NCBI GenBank assembly: GCA_010909165.1
Contig: VJWM01000118.1
Coordinates: 434,001-498,000 of the forward strand
Direction: 5' to 3'
DNA length: 64,000 nt
DNA from: Anthoceros angustus
Lineage: Eukaryota; Plantae; Anthocerotophyta
A program made the translations under genes and the position numbers. The notes beneath the pieces are model-generated. The model ran no database searches. It saw only the letters and a list, made by a program, of their open reading frames with translations, and was not told the origin of the DNA. This document shows, in pieces, positions 37,330 to 50,100 of this stretch. The number at the start of each line of letters is the position of its first letter. The first letter of the stretch is position 1.

Positions 37330-38315
37330 ACTGATCTTTGTATGATGGGATGGGGTGCGACGCCAGCCGACCGTCGTCCCACATATGCAAAACCCTTGGG
37401 ATGAAACCCTGAGAGGCCAGCTGTACATGTGGTGGGACGCCGGCCGGCCGGCCCCAGTGGAGGCCAAGAACCCTATGGTGCCCGTTAAAGAGCCCCTGGA
37501 GATGGGGCGCCGGCCGGCCGGCGCCCCACCTCCAGGTGCTCTTTAACGGGCACCATAGGGTTCCGTCGGCTGAGGGATACCAACTGGCCAACGCCCCACA
37601 TGGCGAAGGACCATACGGGTCACCCTACAATTTATATGGAGGCGGCCGCCTACGCCTCCATAACCAAAAGCCGATGGCATGGATTGTGGTTGCTCGAGTA
37701 CGGCCAACGCGACAATTGTCTCGCAAATGCGCTAGGACGGAACATGAAGGTGTGGCGCGACTTTCGGCCGACGGCCACCAAGCATAATCCCGTGTCGTTG
37801 TAGTAAGGAGTCCGTTCCCAAGGGAATGGTCTCGTGCTTATTCTGCCGGAGCTCTACAACCTATCGCTCGAACGGACTTCATCATGTTGGGTCCGGGCGG
37901 CTCCACAACCCTAAGGGTGTGCCCTCCACAACTCGTCCGACTGCACAGCCACCGACCGTCGTCCACATATGCAAAACCCTTGGGATGAAACCCTGAGAGG
38001 CCAGCTGTACATGTGGTGGGACGCCGGCCGGCCGGCCCCCCTGGAGGCCAAGAACCCTATGGTGCGTTAAAGAGCACCGGAGATGGGCGCCGGCCGGCGC
38101 CCACCTCAGTGCTTTAACGGGCACCATAGGGTTCCGCTTACCGAGGATACCAATCGCCAACGCCCCACATGGCGAAGGACCATACGGGTCACCCTACAAT
38201 TTATACATGTGGGCCGGCCGGCGCCCATAACCAAAAGCCGATGGCATGGATTGTGGTTGCTCGAGTACGGCCAACGACAATTGTCTCGCAAATGCGCTAG
38301 GACGGAACATGAAGG
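37330..38315. repeat. Adjacent ~570-630 bp duplication including a partial LTR A end (37751-~37950)
   Basis: GAAGG|TGTGGCGCG junction at both 37746-37751 and 38311-38316. Confidence 0.8.
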
Positions 38316-41300
38316 TGTGGCGCGACTTTCGACGGCCGGCCAAGACAATCCTGTCGTTGTAGTAAGGAGTCCGCTCAAGGGAATGGTCTCGTGCTTATTC
38401 TCACGGAGCTCTACAACCTATCGAACGGACTTCATCATGTTGGGTCCGGCTCCACAACCCTAAGGTGTGCCCTCCACAACTCGTCCGACTGCAACCACCG
38501 ACCTTCCCACAAACCCCGCCTGTTTCTCCAAGACCACCGAACAGTTTAGCGACGCTCCTCGCACCACGTGCTCTAGCGCCCAACGCCTCAACTCGTCTCC
38601 CACAACTCCACCTCAACACACGCAACGCGACCTCCTCTCTTGTCCATCACCACCGGTAGTCACAACACCAACACGCTGTATTCACACCAGTCGCTTTTGC
38701 CCCTTCCGCCGCTTCACGCTCATGGAGAAGTAGCTTTGCACTGCAACCCCATGCTCCAGGCCTCCAAGGATGGCTTCCGCCCAGCAGTCACCCCAAGCGC
38801 CTCCTAATCCCTCCGACCGCCACGCTCAGAGAAGTGGCTTCAGCCCCGCAACCTCCGCTCCAGCCTCCAAGGATGGCTTCCGCCCACAGTCACCCCAAGC
38901 GCCTCCTAATCCCTCCTACCGCTTCACGCTCAGAAGTGGCTTCACTGCAACTCCACCTCCGCTCCAGCCTCCAAGGATGGCTTCCGCCCAGCAGTCACCC
39001 CAAGCGCCTAATCCCTCCGACCGCCACGCTCAGAGAAGTGACTTCAGCCTGCAACTCCACCTCCGCTCCAGCCTCCAAGGTTAGTCTCGCACCCGAGAAA
39101 TCACCGCGAGCACCTCCCGAGCTCAGTCCGCCCCCCTGCACTCCATCAAGCTGCGGAGCTCGCCACCGAGCTCTAAACACATCCTCTACCACCAATTAAT
39201 CCCGCACGGTGACGCAGAACTCACTCCGCCTCGAGCACGAAGGCAAGAGCACACGAGCCAAGATGGTACCCGGATAGTCCGCCTTGACGCCAGCCTTCCT
39301 ATATACTCCCATACCCTAACCTAACCCGCCTATGTATGTATCCTAACCGCTATGTATGTACCCTAACTGGTCGTGGTAACCGCCGGACGTAGCTCATCAC
39401 CGCTACCGACTTCTTGCACCACCGCTTCCGCCAAACAAGAGATCCATGCCAGCGATGCCCACCAAACTAAACCACCCGCCGACCACTCCGCCGACCTCTC
39501 AAGGACGGACCACTCCATCGACCGCCGACGGACCACTGCCGGACCGCCCGACGGACGACCACCTGGCCGGACCTCGCCACCACACCCGCCGGACCGCCCG
39601 ACGGACCACTCCGCCGGACCGCCCGGACGGACCACCTGCCTGACCGCCCGGACGGACCACCCGCCGACCTCGCCGACGGACCACCCGCCTGACCGCCCGG
39701 ACGGACCACTCCGCCGGACGGACCTAGGGTCTAGGGATTGCACACCAGTGCAATCCGCCAAAATGGCCTTATTGGCTAACCTCCCTATCCCTCTTAACAA
39801 GAACGACCCAAAACAAAACAAGCCTAAGACAAGTCGCCAGAGTACTGGACATCGGATTTGGCACTCCACATACCCCTTCTCATCATTGGCGGCCTCGCCA
39901 ACACCCCTGGCAATACTCCGCTTCTTCCGCTGACTTCTCGCCTTTTACTACCTCCTCGTGTGCAAGTCCAAAGAACATTGGGAACCTTTACCAAGAGTTC
40001 ATCCTCCGCTGAGGATGAGTCGCCTCCTCCTCCGAGGTTGATGTGCCGCCCTCCCGCCTGTGCCCATCTTCTTTCTCCTTGAGCATGCCGGGCCTCCCGC
40101 TAGATTCGCACCTCAAGGTCCGGCCTGCATCCTCCCTACTTCTATATACTCCACAAACCGCCCGACCATTACACCCATCCACAACCGCAACTGGCATCCT
40201 ACTCCTACCTACTAACTCGTGCAGCCACAACAATACTATTCCCAAGAACGCCAAAATGTGGCGCGATTTTGCGACGGCCCGGCCAAGACAATCCGTGTCG
40301 TTGTAGTAAGGAGTCCGCTCCCGGAACGTGCTTATTCTCGAGCTCTACAACCTATCGCCCGAACGGACTTCATCATGTTGGGTCCGGCTCTCCACAACCC
40401 TAAGTGTGTGCCCTCCACAACTCGCCCACTGCAGTACCCACCGGACCTTCCCACAAACCCCTTTTCTCCAAGACTACCGAACAGTTTAACGACGCTGCCT
40501 CCATCGCCCACGCAGCGCCCAACGCCTCCTCAACTCTCCGCCACAACTCCACCTCAACACACACGCCGAACGCGACCCTCCTCTCTTGTCCATCACCACC
40601 GTAGTCACAACACCAACACGCTGTATTCACACCAGCCGCTTTTGCCCTTCCTACCGCTTCACGCTCATGGAGAAGTAGCTTTGCACAGAACCCCACAGCC
40701 TCCGCTCCAGCCTCCAAGGATGGCTTCACAGTCACCCCAAGCGCCTCTAATCCCTCCTACCGCCACGCTCAGAGAAGTGGCTTCGCACTGCAACTCCCAC
40801 CTCCGCTCCAAAGCAGCCTCCAAGGATGGCTTCCGCCCAGCAGTCACCCCAAGCGCCCTAATCCCTCCGACCGCTTCACGCTCAGAGAAGTGACTTCGCA
40901 CTGCAACCCCACAGCCTCCGCTCCAGCCTCCAAGGTTAGTCTCGCACCCGAGAAATCACCCGCGAGCACCTCCCGAGCTCAGTCCGCCCCGGCCGCACTC
41001 CATCAAGCGTTGGCGGAGCTCCACCGTAGCTCTAAACACATCCTCTACCACCAATTAATCCCGCACGGTGACGCAGAACTCACTCCGCCTCGAGCACGAA
41101 GGCAAGAGCACACGGAGCGCCAAGATGGTACCCGGATAGTCCGCCTTGACGCCAGCCTTCCTATATACTCCCATACCCCAACCTAACCCGCCTATGTATG
41201 TATCCTAACCGCTATGTATGTACCCTAACTGGGTAAATCACGGACGTAGCTCATCACGCCGACTTCTTGCACCACCGCTTCCGCCAAACAAGAGATCCAT

Positions 41301-41768
41301 GCCAGCGATGCCCACCAAACTAAACCACCCGCCGACCACTCCGGACCTCTCAAGGACGACCACCCATCGGACCTCGCCGGACCACCACTCCGGACCGCCC
41401 GGACGGACCACCTGGCCGACCTCGCCCGGACGGACCACTCCGTGACCGCCGGATGGACCACCTGCCGGACCGCCCGGACGGACCACCCGTCGACCGCCTG
41501 ACGGACCACTCCGACCTCGCCCGGACGGACCACTCCGTCGGACCTCGCCCGGACGGACCACTCCGTCGGACCTCGCCCGGACGGACCACTCCGTCGGACC
41601 TCGCCCGGACGGACCTAGGGTCTAGGGATTGCACACTAGTGCAATTTGGCCAAAACCGCCTTATTGGCTAACTCCTCCCTATCCCTCTTAACAGTAACGA
41701 CCCAAAAAAAACAAAACAAGCCTAAGACAAGTCGCCAGGAGTACGGACATCGGATTTGGCACTCCACA
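38316..41768 (-). mobile_element. Non-autonomous LTR element, family A: two ~1.5-kb LTRs around a 386-bp non-coding core
   Basis: 5' LTR 41768-40257, PBS-like TGGCGTTCTTGGG, PPT GATGAGAAGGGG, 3' LTR 39870-38316. Confidence 0.85.
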
Positions 41769-43290
41769 ACAGGGCTGATAGATCTGAAGGGGATGGAGGA
41801 AGAGATCACACTGCGGAAAAAATTTCATATCATACAAGTAGCAATGGTGAAGCATCTCGGCTGCTCGTCATTTGAAGAGGTGCGCGAGGAGTATCCTTTA
41901 CATTCTACGGACAATATGCTAGCTCGATTCCAACAAATTCTCCTAAAGGTATGTCCGCATCGTTTTTTTTTCGTCATATTGAACAGGACCGGGATCGATG
42001 CTGTGGCGCCGGCCGGCCGCGCCCGCACCGCCTGCCCCTCGTGATATGTTTCATGACAAGTTGGTGGTCCGCCTCACTCATATATGAGTTTAGAGCCGCC
42101 AGCCGCGCCTTCAATCCAACGCGAAATGAGGGCGCCGGCCGGCCGCCTCTCCCAGAATGACTACGTAGCGTCGCAGCAATTGAAAGACATCAAGTGCCGA
42201 TAAAACTCCCAAATGACTTCCAAAGATTTTATTTTCGAGATAAACAATTGGAAAGGGCTTGAAGACGAGCACAAGCGGACAAGGACCGGAGGAAGGTCTT
42301 GAGGTTTTCAAGGCCCATCAACAGAGCCACAATACCAAATCGAAAGTCGTGATGTACAAGATATGCGTGGTTTTCTGTGGCAAGACACACTTCTCGTCAT
42401 GGATGTGCCCCGAGGTTTTAACATTGGACCTATGGACAAGAGGGTGGATAAGCAAATGATGGATTCTGCCTTCCAAAGCTTTCCGAGAAGACCACTAGCG
42501 ATGAACCGAGGATGATTGTGATGCATGGAGTGGAGGAGGCACAGTTAGAGAATCAATGCGAAAGTGGAGCAGAGGGGCTTGGTGTCGTCGTATGGGACAA
42601 GACAAACATGAACAATGACAGGGTGGATTTGAGACTGTGGAATACATAACTATCGGATGGGGTCCAAGGATGGGAGCACAAAGGATAGAATGCAATGCTA
42701 CCAAATGCTATGCATGGAACATTCAACAATGGAAGGTCCGCTATTGCTCATACACGCTTGTCAAAAACAGTTTACATGTCACATGACAAGTTGGTGGTCC
42801 GCCTACCAGAGACCACTAGGGTTGATGACGAGACTTATTACAACCTTCTCCAAAGAGGGAGATTGGGTTCGGATGCATGCTCGGGAGCGGCACAATCAGA
42901 CTATTGGCGCGCATTATGAAGGAGTTGTATCGCCATCGAGGCCGACTTGAGATGTGCAGTTATATTTCACAAAGAATTCATGGATTTGAGGTGCTCCTGC
43001 ATGCGCTTGAGGAGTTGAATTTTGAAGCCCACCGAGAGGACTTGCACGCCTGGGCAAAGGAGGTTTGCATCAGCGAGAAGGACTCCTTGAAAGCACAAGT
43101 GGTTTCTTTGAGTGCCCGCTGAATAAGAGCAGATCGGCGATTTGTTGGAGGCTGGCCAACAAACACTCGAGAATGTTTGGCATCGTGATGGTAATGATGA
43201 AGACATGATGGGAACGAGGACTCGAGGGCTTTGGTTGAAGTCGACACTTTCGATGAGGAAGAACTTGAGCGGATACGGAACTTGGCGTAG
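41769..43290 (+). pseudogene. 3' half of cargo gene: beta-class amino DNA methyltransferase (N6_N4_Mtase family)
   Basis: LLVMDVPRG (motif IV position, 42402), VVWDKTN, ETVEYITIGW, QRPLGLMTRLITTFSKEGDWV(L)DAC(S)GSGT (motif I region, two 1-bp deletions), RSCIAIEAD (motif II). Confidence 0.75.
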
Positions 43291-44857
43291 TTTATGATTC
43301 GTGTCAAGCACCGTTGAGTCACAAGTTAGCCCCGACGTAGACGCTTGTAGTTGTGAACTATTGTCTGCTAGTGGTCAATTTTTGGCGAACCTAAACAGGA
43401 TGGTCTCCAACCGGCTTGCGCATGCAGTACCCATACCTAGTTTTGTTGTGTTATTACTAGGCCTTTTGTCAATGTGGAAATGGATCATCGCACAAAACAA
43501 ACTACTTGAGGACTAACGGCGCCAGCCGCCTTGACCCTTCCTTCGGTTTTGTTGTTTCACAAGCGATTCAAATTTAGGAATCATTGTCCATGGTATGGGA
43601 CACCCCGAAATCCAAAAAAACACGGTTTTGGGAACCATGTGTTTTCTGTGAAGGAGGTTTCGTTCAACCAGAAGGGGGTTCGGATATTCACCCCCTTCAC
43701 TGAATACCATGTTCCTCGCCTCCGATCATTTGCGCCACCGCCTTGCCTCCGAATCCACCACTGCTGGTTCGAGGGGAGCACAACTCCAACAGCCGAGATG
43801 CCAACTTCACCGATACGGACGGTGCCACCTTCTTCTTGGCTTCTCCTCCCCTCGTTCTCTCTTGCCCCTCTTGAATTACTCTCTCCTCTCCTTTCGTCCT
43901 CTCTCTCCATAGTTTTCTTTTCTTTCCTTATATCGCTTTCAATAGCTTTTGCCGAGATATTTCTCAAATCACCCTAGGAAAAGCCCAGTACAGACTGGGT
44001 CAGTCCCCGCCGCTAGGGGCGCGTCGGTTTCCCCATGTGCGAGACCACGAGACGCGAGACCTTCCTTTCTCACGTCACTCCCCATCACTCTCTTGCTATG
44101 CTATTGCTGGATCTATTGCATTGGCCACATCCTGGTGCACTAGAATCGCCATGCCGTGCCCAGTTTATCAAGTTTGAGCTTGGAGCAAGCCATCATAGCG
44201 ACGGCGGCCACGAATTTGTCTGGGCTCAAATGCTGCACATTTCATCTCTGCTAGGTTTCTGATTGAGCTTGGATATCATGAAGCTACCTCAAACTTCTAG
44301 TGGACCCTCAAGGCAGCTGAAGCTAATGAGCAGCTTGTTTCTTTGCATGTGCACCATGGTCATGGCACCTGTCTTTCAAATCGAGCTCTTGGGATTGTCC
44401 TGAATCATTTGCGCACTCTCGAATCACAAACTACGATACGTTATGTCAGCAGGGTCCTCGAAGCTTTCTGAGTCTCTTGCGCAAACATACATTGGTATTT
44501 CTCTGTTTCAGTTCTTCACCCATGCTAAAATTGTGTGCAACTAAGAAGGATGTCATTATGAGGGCGATGAGTGCATGACCTTGAGCTCACTATGTTGTGC
44601 ATGTGTGCATCTCGAGTTGTAGGTTACAGAAGGCCATGTATGCTAAGGAGTCCATATGGTACTTGATGATAGTAGGTAGTAAGGTGAGAAATAGGTCCAA
44701 CATTTTAGCGTGCAGGACTTGCAGTATCATTTCTTATAATATGCTGATGGGTTTTTTTGATGGTTTGCTGAAGAAGCTGAGGTTTTGCAAGACCGTGAGG
44801 TACAAAGTGATGTTACCGGTGCTACCAAATTGCTAGCGTGTGAGGGTAATGTGTAAC

Positions 44858-45045
44858 TGTTTGGTGAAGTTAGAGAAGGTGATGGGCAACATTTTCCAAG
44901 CTCTGTTTAGTGACATTAAAGAAGGTGATGGGTAGCATTTTCCAAGCTCTGTTTAGTGACATTAGAGAAAGTGATGGGTAGTATTTTCCAAGAGCCAGTA
45001 ATATGTAGCTATTTAGTGACATTACAGAGGGTGATGGGCAATATG
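44858..45045. repeat. 46-bp tandem repeat x3 plus a degenerate fourth unit
   Basis: TGTTT(A/G)GTGA...TTTTCCAAGCTC at 44858, 44904, 44950. Confidence 0.9.
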
Positions 45046-47169
45046 GCAAGACGATGAAAACCTTCGAAGAGAATTTTGGAGTCCAAGAGTGCATGTGAGT
45101 ATAAAGAGGCTTTGTTGGCATATGCTTCTGTGGAGTGGGTGTTTGCGTCCGAAGGCGCAAGGAGGCCACATTTACCCTCTATGTCGTTATAGTCCTGGGA
45201 TTCGATCCCAAGGGAATGGTTTTGTGTCAAGATGTTCTAAAACTATGAATTCTAGCCCTACCACAACCCATCATTACTCCACCATAACCAGCTACCATGT
45301 CGGAACCCGCTTCCCCCCCCCCGTGGTAGGCTCGGCCACCACGATGGGAAGTTCAGCCACCGCAGTGGAAAGTTCAGCCACGCGGTGGGCTGATTCAACC
45401 AAGCGGGTCCACCCAGCAGCGCTGCGCGGCTAACTATTTGCCACCCGATTTCTCTGGCGCGGACCTTGAGGGTTATGGTCATACACGCACACACACCCAC
45501 ACAGGTTCAAACATATTCTTAATTCCCTCCCAGGGGTATCCGCACTCGGAACTCCCCCGGGGGTTATGCACCCTGACCACGAACGCCGCGGTGCCTCACT
45601 CCGTCGTCGGTCCGCGCTGATCTCACCGTTCACTTCCACCCTTTTCCAACATTCCGCATTTTTTTCCAAAACACACACGCACCCCCCTACAGCGGCACAC
45701 TCATCCACTTCTTCCAAGGACCTCTCACTCCACCATACACAAATAAAACCTCCCTCTCTCTCAGGCCACACAGACCTCACCTCGGGCCACACAGACCCTC
45801 CCTCATGGAATGAAACACGTTCTGGTGGCAGCGGTTGGGGAAGGAGGGACAGAAAAAAAACACTGGTTAGTACTTGGGCGATTCACTCATCGGCAGTCTC
45901 ACCCCAGCCTTCCGCGGAAATTCCTATCCCCGCCCCAAAGATGCACCCATACCCTCACCGCCACCACCTCGTGACGTGGAGCTTGGCCACCCGCCTCGAC
46001 CACCCCAGTGGACCTTCCGGCCTTCTTGTGACGAAGACGGTGCACCAAACCGCTTGGATGTCGATCGACGCTCCAACCAACCAGCTTCGACACACGGAGT
46101 TCACACCGAAATTGTCTCAAGAGAGACACAAAAGGGTCTCTATACATCCAGGTGGATCACCATACCACTTCTCTAGTGTCTAAAAATTATGGCCCCCTAC
46201 CACGAGCGCTCCTACCAATTCAGGCAACTACAGCTCCGCAGGCTCTCAAAACATCCTATCCTCTAACCCGAAAAGAAACCCCGGCCTATGATGTCGCACT
46301 CCTCTAAAATCAGCGCGGCCGCCTCCGTGGTTGCTGCCTAGCCCTGCGGCCCATGGGGGTCCCTGTGGACTACGGACTTCCCTTAAGGTTAGGAAATGAG
46401 TCGGGTTTTGTTTTTTTTTCATAGGTCCGAAGTAGAAATAAGGCGGAAAAGGAGGAATAAGCACGGATGGCGCTCCGGACTGGGCTCCGGAGTATACACC
46501 GGACTCCGGAGTGGGTAACGGACCCCGTTAATAAGTTCGAACCCTGAGGTCCGAACCCCAGAGATGAGACCAGACCACAGATGACTGTGAACAAGACAGA
46601 CTCAAGTTCGAGACGGAAGTCGAGACCGACCTCGAGGTCCGGACTGTGAAGGAGGAGCCCTCCGACTTACGCTTAGGGGAGTGACAATGGTGGCCCATGG
46701 GGGACCCACTGGGGCCGGGGGACGACGCCAGGTAACGCGGTCGCCGACCGCCGCCGAGCCCAACTGGCTGGATTCCGAAGAGGAAGGGGTCCCGCCTCGC
46801 GGATCATCCGATTGGGTGCGCCTCGTCAAGACGGGGAGATTGGACCACCAATCCCGAGGCGGAACCTGGGACCTTCCACCCCACCGCCGAAGGAGATAGG
46901 AGGGAGGAATAGGATGGTAGGCGGCGATTAATGCATCGAGTGGCCACCACTCGTAATAGGTGTAATAAAGACGCCGACTTGGGCGTAGTATAAGAGGGCC
47001 GATGCCGAATAAATCATCTTTCTCTTGGGGTAGAAGCCGCGTTTTCTTGCAGACCCTTGTGAGTCTTCTTGCTAACGTGAGGCCCCGAGTCATCGAAAGG
47101 TGCACGCCCCGGAGAGACGATCCGGTCCCGTGACGACCCTAACGTGTGGTGGTGTGTGCAGGGAAGAGC

Positions 47170-50100
47170 GACACAGGACCCTTGCTCGTCCGGAGCAGCG
47201 GTCCAGCGTCGGAAGGACTGGAACGAGTGAGCCAGAGGGACTTCGGGAGGGCGTGTAGAGCCCGGACGGAGAGGCCTGGTAGAACGACGGAGGAGGTCCG
47301 GACTGCGCAGTCACCCGCGTTTTCTTCTCAAGAGACGACGAGTGTAGTAAGAGTAGTGAGAGGAACGGACTAGAGGAACGTGTGACGAACGAGAACGATA
47401 CGGACGCGGACGGGTCCTTAAACGTTTGGCCACACCGGGCCTGTGCGGTGAACGATGCGAGTAGTTAGACGCAAACTGATGAATGTGTGCGTTGAGTCTG
47501 AACGGACGCAAAGTGAGGTGAGAATCGTCTGAAACGCGGTAAACGGAGCCTATCATTCCCTTGGGAACGGACTCCTTACTACAACGACACGGGATTGTGC
47601 GCCGGCCGTCGTGCCGAAAGTCGCGCCACATTTTGGCGCTGCCGGGAATGAAATCGCTGTAGCAAGCGTGGATGCGTGGAGGACGTGAGGTAGTTAAGGA
47701 CGAATTGCCGAGAGTCGGACGGATCGCCAGAGCGCCTCGAGCGCAGCACGTGAGAGACGACGAGCTCGAAGCGAGGAAAACACCAAGCGGTGGAGTTGTC
47801 GGATCGTGAGGAGGAAGCAGCCTAGAGTCAGGTGGCGGTAAGAGGAGCGGTTCCTCAGCCCCTGTTGGCCGCGATGGCAACAACAACGACAAAGCAAGCC
47901 TACTCCCTCTTTGGGGGAAAGAAGGAACGGGATGCGGAAACCTTTGTGGAGGATTTCGTATCCCGAGCGAACTTCAACGGAGAAGGATCGGATGCAGCCT
48001 CATCCAAATTGCTCTGTGGGTCCTTAGGGGAACAGCTTGGTCAAGAAAGTACCGCCACCCTGTAACGCCCCTCCGCTACCTTCAAGATCAAGGATGCCTT
48101 CTTGGAAAGATTCCGCGGAATCGACCAGGAAGGCTACGTCCTGTCCAAGCTTGAGAATCTAAAGCGGGGCAAGACGGAGAAGCTGGGATCGTACATCGAG
48201 CGGTTCTATGCCCTTCGAGATCGGCACCCCACCCACACCACGATGCAAGCGGTGCGCTGGTTCGCAGCCGGCCTACCTAAGCCAATGGCTAAGCATGTGC
48301 TGTTGCTTGCAGAAAAGGATGTGAGTAAGGCGGTGCGAGCGGCGGAGAACTACGAAGAATCGATGCACCAACGGAGGACGAGAACAACTCCAGGAGGAAA
48401 GAAGAAGAAGAAGAGGCGGGAATCGGAATCCGAAGATGAAGAGCCCTCAGAGGGGGAGGAGGAAGAAACCGAGGCCACTTCGGAGGAAGAGGAGGAGATT
48501 TCCGAAGTGGAATCCGAAGCCTCCACGGAGGCGGAGGAACCGCGTCGTAAACCCAAGAAGAAGACTGTGGTGAAACGGAGGCGCGAGAAGAAGGAGGTTG
48601 CGATACTAGCTCCGGTGCGGGAGGCACCTCCGGACCCAGCGCCCTTGAAAGAGGTAGCTGGTTTGAGGGAAGACCTGGAGAGAGTCATAAAGAAGGTGGA
48701 GGAGTTAACGATCAATCAAGTGAAAGATCGTGAACGGCGAAAGGTGGCCACCACGGTCAGGACTCATTTATGGTGTGCGGTGTGCCACCAGCATGGCAGG
48801 CACCGGTGCCCCTCCGGACCGTGAACCGGTGAGTGCGACTATGAGGAGGAGTCCGAGGAGGCGGTGGAGGATGCTTACCAGTGCAAGAAGCACCCCGGGC
48901 GCGATGCAAACGATGTATCCAGTGGCAGGTCCATCCATACACCGCCTCCGATGCAACCTCGAATGGGAGGACCGCTGGAATTCTTGGGCGGTGGTCTGGG
49001 GCTGGAAACCCGGGCACTATTCCAACGCCTGTCCCTACCCCACCAGCAAGGTAACGGGGATTTCGAACGCTTGTGTGGAGATTGCAAACAGGCGGGCACA
49101 TGCGGTGCCACTGTCCGAACCCCCACTGAGGACGGTGCGGCCACGCCACCCCATTTGGGAAGCCAAATCCACGCCTCCCCTCCTTAAGGCTGTACCGGTG
49201 CTGCAGATTGAAGATGCACAAATGGCGGAGTGGGAGGAGACACCAAGGGAACTCGGGCTGAGTGGCAAGCGATCGCCAAGGGAGGAGAGTCCTTCCGACA
49301 GTGACCTTGCTCGTCCGGAGGCGGTCAGCGTGGAAGGATCGGAACGAGTGAGCGAGGGACTGGGGCGTGTAGAGCCCGGACGGAGAGGCCTGGTAGAACG
49401 ACGGAGGAGGTCCGGACTGCGCAGTCACTCGCGTTTTCTTCTCAAGAGCCGACGACTGTAGTAAGAGTAGTGAGAGGAACGGACTAGAGGAACGTGTGAC
49501 GAACGAGAACGATACCGACGCGGACGGGTCCTTAAACGTTTGGCCACACCGGGCCCTGTGCGGTGAACGATGCGAGTAGTTAGACGCAAACTGATGAATG
49601 TGTGCGTTGAGTCTGAACGGACGCAAAGTGAGGTGAGAATCGTCTGAAACGCGGTAAACGGAGCCTATCATTCCCTTGGGAACGGACTCCTTACTACAAC
49701 GACACGGGTATGCGGCGCCCGGCTGCCGAAAGTCGGCCTGGTCGCGCCCTCCTTAAGACTGCCGCTGCATTGAAGATGCACAAATGGCGGAGTGGGAGAC
49801 ACCAAGGGAACTCGGAACAGTGGCAAGAAGCGACACGCTAAGGGAGGAGTCCTTCCGGCCAGTGACCTTGCTCGTCCGGAGCCGTCCGCTTCAAGGACTG
49901 GAACGAGTGAGCCGTGAGGGACTGGAGGGCGGTAGAGCCCGACGGAGAGGCCTGGTAGAACGACGGAGGAGGTCCGGAACGCATTACCGCGCTTTTCTTC
50001 TCAAGAGCCGACCGTAGTAAGAGTAGTGAGAGGAACGGACTAGAGGAACGTGGTGACAACGAGAACGATACCGACGCGACGTGGTCCTTAAACGCTTGGC

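Larger units (their letters stand above)
27411..43713. mobile_element. Candidate large TIR DNA transposon (Sola-like/DUF7869-type transposase plus ParB-methyltransferase cargo), disrupted by LTR insertions and an inversion
   Basis: Inverted repeats 27411-27442 and 43682-43713 match 28/32; CCTC on both outer flanks; the two genes lie between the repeats. Confidence 0.65.

Noticed and set aside
47343-47583. 240-bp segment with perfect TGTAGTAAG...CTTACTACA inverted ends, read as a MITE or TRIM LTR
   Set aside because: All three copies share the same flanks and have no TSD; the real LTR end and PBS lie ~45 bp further on, so it is internal to a larger LTR
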